Source: the human T2T-CHM13v2.0 reference genome, Homo sapiens
NCBI RefSeq assembly: GCF_009914755.1
Contig: NC_060928.1
Length of the DNA stretch: 64,000 nt
Strand: one strand, 5' to 3'
Shown here in pieces: positions 59,801 through 64,000 of this stretch (position 1 is the first letter of the stretch; every line of letters starts with the position of its first letter). The position numbers and the translations under genes are program-made. Under the pieces are notes generated by a model, which had not been told where the DNA came from, ran no database searches, and saw only the letters and a list, made by a program, of their open reading frames with translations.

Positions 59801-62800
59801 TTTTATGTACAGTGTATAATACATACTTTGGGTACTTTGATATTTTATGTACAATATATAATACATACTTTGGGAACTTTGATATATTACATACAGTATA
59901 TAATACATACTTTGGGTACTTTGATATTTTATCTACAGTATACAACACATAGTTTGTGTACTTTGATATTTTATGTACAGTATATAATACATACTTTGGG
60001 TACTTTGATATTGTATGTACAGTATATAATACATAGTTTGGGTACTTTCATATTTTTTGTACAGTATATAATATATAGTTTGTGTGCTTTCATATTTTAT
60101 GTACAATATATAATACATACTAAGGACACTTTGATATTTTATGTACAGTGTATAATACATACTTTGGGTAATTTGATATTTTATGTACGTCATATAATAT
60201 ATAGTTTGTGTACTTTGATATTTTATGTACAGTATATAATACATACCTTGGGTACTTTGATATTTTATGTACAGTATATAATATATAGTTTGTGTATTTT
60301 GATATTTTATGTACAGTATATAATACATACTTTGTGTACTTTGATATTTTATGTACAGTATATAATACATACTTTGGCAACTTTGATATTTTATGTACAG
60401 TATGTAAAACATATTTTTGGTACTTTGATATTTTATGTACAGTATATAATACATACTATTGGTACTTTGATATTTTATGTACAGTATACAATGTATAGTT
60501 TGAGTACTTTGATATTTTGTGTAAAGTATAAAATATATAGATTTCGTACTTTGATATTTTATGTACAGAATATAGTTTGAGTACTTTGATATTTTTTGTA
60601 CACTTTATTATAAAAGTTTGGGTACTTTCATATTTTACGTACAGTATATAATACATACTTTGGGCACTTTGATGTTTTATGTACAGTATGTAATACATAC
60701 TTTGGGTTCTTTTATATTTTATGTACAGCATATAATACATAATTTGGGGACTTTTATATTTTATGTACATTATATAATACATACTTTGGGTACTTTTATA
60801 TTTTATGTACGGTATATAATACATACTTTGCGTACTTTGATATATTATGTACAGTATATAATACATACTTTCGGTACTTTGATATATTATGTACAGTATA
60901 TAATACATACTTAGGGTACTTTGACATTTTACGTACAGTATATAATACATACTTTGGGTACTTTGATATTTTATGAGCAGTATATAATACATACTTTGGG
61001 TACTTTGATATTTTATGTACTGTATATAATACATACTTTGGGTACTTTTATATTTTATGTACAGTATATAATATATAGTTTGGGTACTTTGATATTTTAT
61101 GTACTGTATATAATACATATTTTGGGTACTTTGATATTTTATGTACAGTATATAATACATACTTTGGGTACTTTGATATTGTATGAACAGTATACAATAT
61201 ATAGTTTCAGTACTTTGATATTTTATGTTCTGTATAAAATATATAGTTTTGGTACTTTGATATTTTATGTACAGTATATAGTTTGAGTACTTTGATATTT
61301 TATGTACAGTTTTTTATAAATGTTTGGGTGCTTTCATATTTTATGTACAGTATATAATACATACAAAGGGCACTTTGATATTTTATGTACAGTATATAAT
61401 ACATACATTGGGTACTCTGATATTTTATGTACAGTGTATAATACATACTATGGGTACTTTGATATTTTATGTACAGTATATAATACATATGTTGGGAACT
61501 TTGATATATTATGTACAGTATATAATACATACTTTGGGTACTTTGATATTTTATGTACAATATATAATACATACTTTGGGTACTTTCATATTTTATGTAC
61601 AGTATATAATATATAGTTTGGGTACTTTGATATTTTATCTACAGCTTATAATACATACTTTGGGTACTTTGATATTTTATGTACAGTATATAATACATAC
61701 TTTGGGTACTTTGATATTTTATGTACAGTATACAATATATAGTTTGAGTACTTTGATATTTTATGTGCAGTATAAAATATATAGTTTTGGGACTTTGATA
61801 TTTTATGTACAGTATATAGTTTGAGTACTTTGATATTTTATGTACAGTTTTTTACAAATGTTTGGGTGCTTTCATATTTTATGTACAGTATATAATACAT
61901 ACTAAGGGCACTTTGATATTTTATGTACAGTATATAATACATACTATGGGTATTTTCATATTTTATGTACGTCATATAATATATAGTTTGGGTACTTTGA
62001 TATTTTATGTACAGTATATAATACATACCTTGGGTACTTTGATATTTTATTTACAGTATATAATATATAGTTTGGGTATTTTGATATTTTATGTACAGTA
62101 TATAATACATACTTTGGGTACTTTGATATTTTATGTACAGTATATAATACATACTTTGGGAACTTTGATATTTTATGTACAGTATGTAAAACATACTTTG
62201 GGTACTTTGATATTTTATGTACAGTATATAATACATACTATTGGTACTTTGATATTTTATGTACAGTATACAATATATAATTTGGGTAGTTTGATATTTT
62301 ATGTACGGTATATAATACATACCTTGGGTACTTTGATATTTTATGTACAGTATACAATATATAGTATGAGTACTTTGATATTTTATGTGGAGTATAAAAT
62401 ATATAGTTTTGGTACTTTCATATTTTATATACAGTATATAGTTTGAGTACTTTGATATTTTATGTACAGTTTTTTATAATGTTTGGATGCTTTCATATTT
62501 TATGTACAGTATATAATACATACTAAGGGCACTTTGATATTTTATGTACAGTATATAATACATACTTTGGGTACTTTGATATTTTATGTACGTCATATAA
62601 TATATAGTTTGGGTACTTTGATATTTTATGTACAGTATATAATGCATACTTTGGATACTTTGATATTTTATGTACAGTATATAATACATACTTTGGGTAC
62701 TTTGATATTTTATGGACAGTGTAGAATACATACTTTGTGTACTTTGATATTTTATGTACAATATATAAAATATAGTTTGGGTACATTGATATTTTATATA

Positions 62801-64000
62801 CAGTATATAATACATACTTTGGGTACTTTGATATTTTGTGTACAGTATATAATACATACTTTGGGTACTTTGATATTTTATGCACAGTATACAATATATA
62901 GTTTGAGTACTTTGATATTTTATGTACTGTATAAAATATATACTTTTGGTACTTTGATATTTTATGTACAGTATATAGTTTGAGTACTTTGATATTTTAT
63001 GTACAGTTTGTTAAAAATGTTTGGGTGCTTTCATATTTTATGTACAGTATATAATACATACTTTGGTCACTTTGATATCTTATGTACAGTATATAATACA
63101 TACTTTGGATACTCTGATATTTTATATACAGGGTATAATACATAATTTGTGTACTTTGATATTTTATGTACAGTATATAATACATACGTTAGGTACTTTG
63201 ATATATTATGTACAGTATATAATACATACTTTGGGTACTTTGATATTTTATGTACAGTATATATTCCATAGTTTGTGTACTTTGATATTTTATGTACAGT
63301 ATATAATACATACTTTGGGTACTTTGTTATTTTATGTACAGTATAGAATATATAGTTTGAGTACTTTGTTATTTTATGTCCAGTATAAAATATATAGTTT
63401 TCGTAATTGATATTTTATGTACAGAATATAGTTTGAGTACTTTGATATTTTATGTACACTTTATTATAAATGTTTGGGTACTTTCATATTTTATGTACAG
63501 TATATAATACATACTTTGGTCTCTTTGATGTTTTATGTACAGTATATAATACATACTTTGGGTTCTTTGATATTTTATGAACAGAATATAATGCATAGTT
63601 TTAGGTACTTTTATATTTTATGTACAGTATATAATACATACTTTGGGTACTTTGATATTTTATGTACAGTATATAATACATACTTTGGGAACTTTGATAT
63701 TTTATGTACAGTATGTAATACATACTTTGGGTACTTTGATATTTTATGTACAGTATATAATACATACTATTGGTACTTTTATATTTTATGTACAGTATAC
63801 AATATATAGTTTGAGTACTTTGATATTTTATATCCAGTATAAAATATATAGATTTCATACTTTGATATTTTATGTACTGAATGTAGTTTGAGTACTTTGA
63901 TATTTTATGTACACTTTATTATAAAAGTTTGGGTACTTTCATATTTTACGTACAGTATATAATACATACTTTGGGCACTTTGATGTTTTATGTACAGTAT
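44864..64000 (+). repeat. Diverged mosaic HSat1A domain: punctuated cassettes of 244-1372 bp without a regular tandem HOR
   Basis: Cassette starts at 44864, 46236, 46690, 47058, 47764, 48385, 48838, 49208, 50250, 50704, 51404, 52026, 53320, 53942, 54522, 55270, 55514, 55968, 57050, 57798, 58462, 58832, 59702, 60618, 61324, 61862, 62483, 63021, 63474, 63929 show no constant multi-kb period and carry more private variants. Confidence 0.75.

Larger units (their letters stand above)
1..64000. repeat. Human satellite 1A (HSat1A / classical satellite I / SAR) 42-bp tandem array, roughly 1,500 monomers, one orientation
   Basis: Continuous tandem repeat of GTACTTTGATATTTTAT+GTACAGTATATAATACATACTTTGG from first to last base, with two GTAC (RsaI) sites per monomer giving 17+25-bp subunits. 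The reverse complement of the 17-mer region (ACATAAAATATCAAAGT) is the classical satellite I A subunit. Chromosome of origin (or human versus great ape) cannot be determined without a search. Confidence 0.95.

Noticed and set aside
266-63891. Hundreds of ORFs (60-437 aa) as protein-coding genes, e.g. repeat or membrane proteins
   Set aside because: All are translations of the same 14-codon satellite unit, overlap on both strands, often start at TTG, and are broken by stops and frameshifts with no sign of coding constraint or unique domains.
1-64000. CRISPR array (conserved 17-bp unit alternating with a more variable 25-bp unit)
   Set aside because: The putative spacers are all variants of one sequence rather than unique, and there is no leader or cas gene.
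1-64000. Alpha satellite, CENP-B boxes, HSat2/3, HSat1B or telomeric repeat
   Set aside because: No 171-bp period, no CENP-B box, no CATTC or TTAGGG repeats and no Alu-derived segment were seen; the unit is 42 bp.
1-64000. Embedded transposon, inversion or unique-sequence island
   Set aside because: Reading through the window showed only satellite monomers in the same orientation; a very short insert could have been missed by eye.
1-64000. TATATAA in each monomer as TATA-box promoters
   Set aside because: Expected in an AT-rich repeat, with no other promoter context or downstream gene.
1-64000. Intrinsic DNA curvature because 42 bp equals four helical turns
   Set aside because: T tracts are short (3-4 nt) and not regularly spaced at about 10.5 bp within the monomer; cannot be supported without modelling.

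Overview
The whole 64 kb is one uninterrupted, single-orientation array of an AT-rich 42-bp satellite (about 24% GC, no CpG in the consensus). The + strand consensus is GTACTTTGATATTTTAT (17 bp) + GTACAGTATATAATACATACTTTGG (25 bp). This matches classical human satellite I (HSat1A, Repbase SAR), with alternating 17/25-bp RsaI-defined subunits. I see no genes, RNA genes, CRISPR arrays or transposon insertions; the supplied ORFs arise because 42 bp is 14 codons. The structure is hierarchical. About 88 cassettes (length 76+42n bp plus small heritable indels) are each closed by a conserved 35-bp + 41-bp punctuation pair. Cassettes assemble into 3284-bp and 4776-bp higher-order repeats (HORs) and a ~17.5-kb super-duplication on the left, a 3194-bp unit in the middle, and a diverged mosaic on the right. 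Several individual recombination or conversion events can be read from the sequence. Speculative functional leads are a perfect Pumilio element (UGUACAUA) in nearly every monomer of the minus-strand RNA, and AATAAA motifs at some cassette ends. Cassette letters are my own labels and all alignments were done by eye using marker variants.
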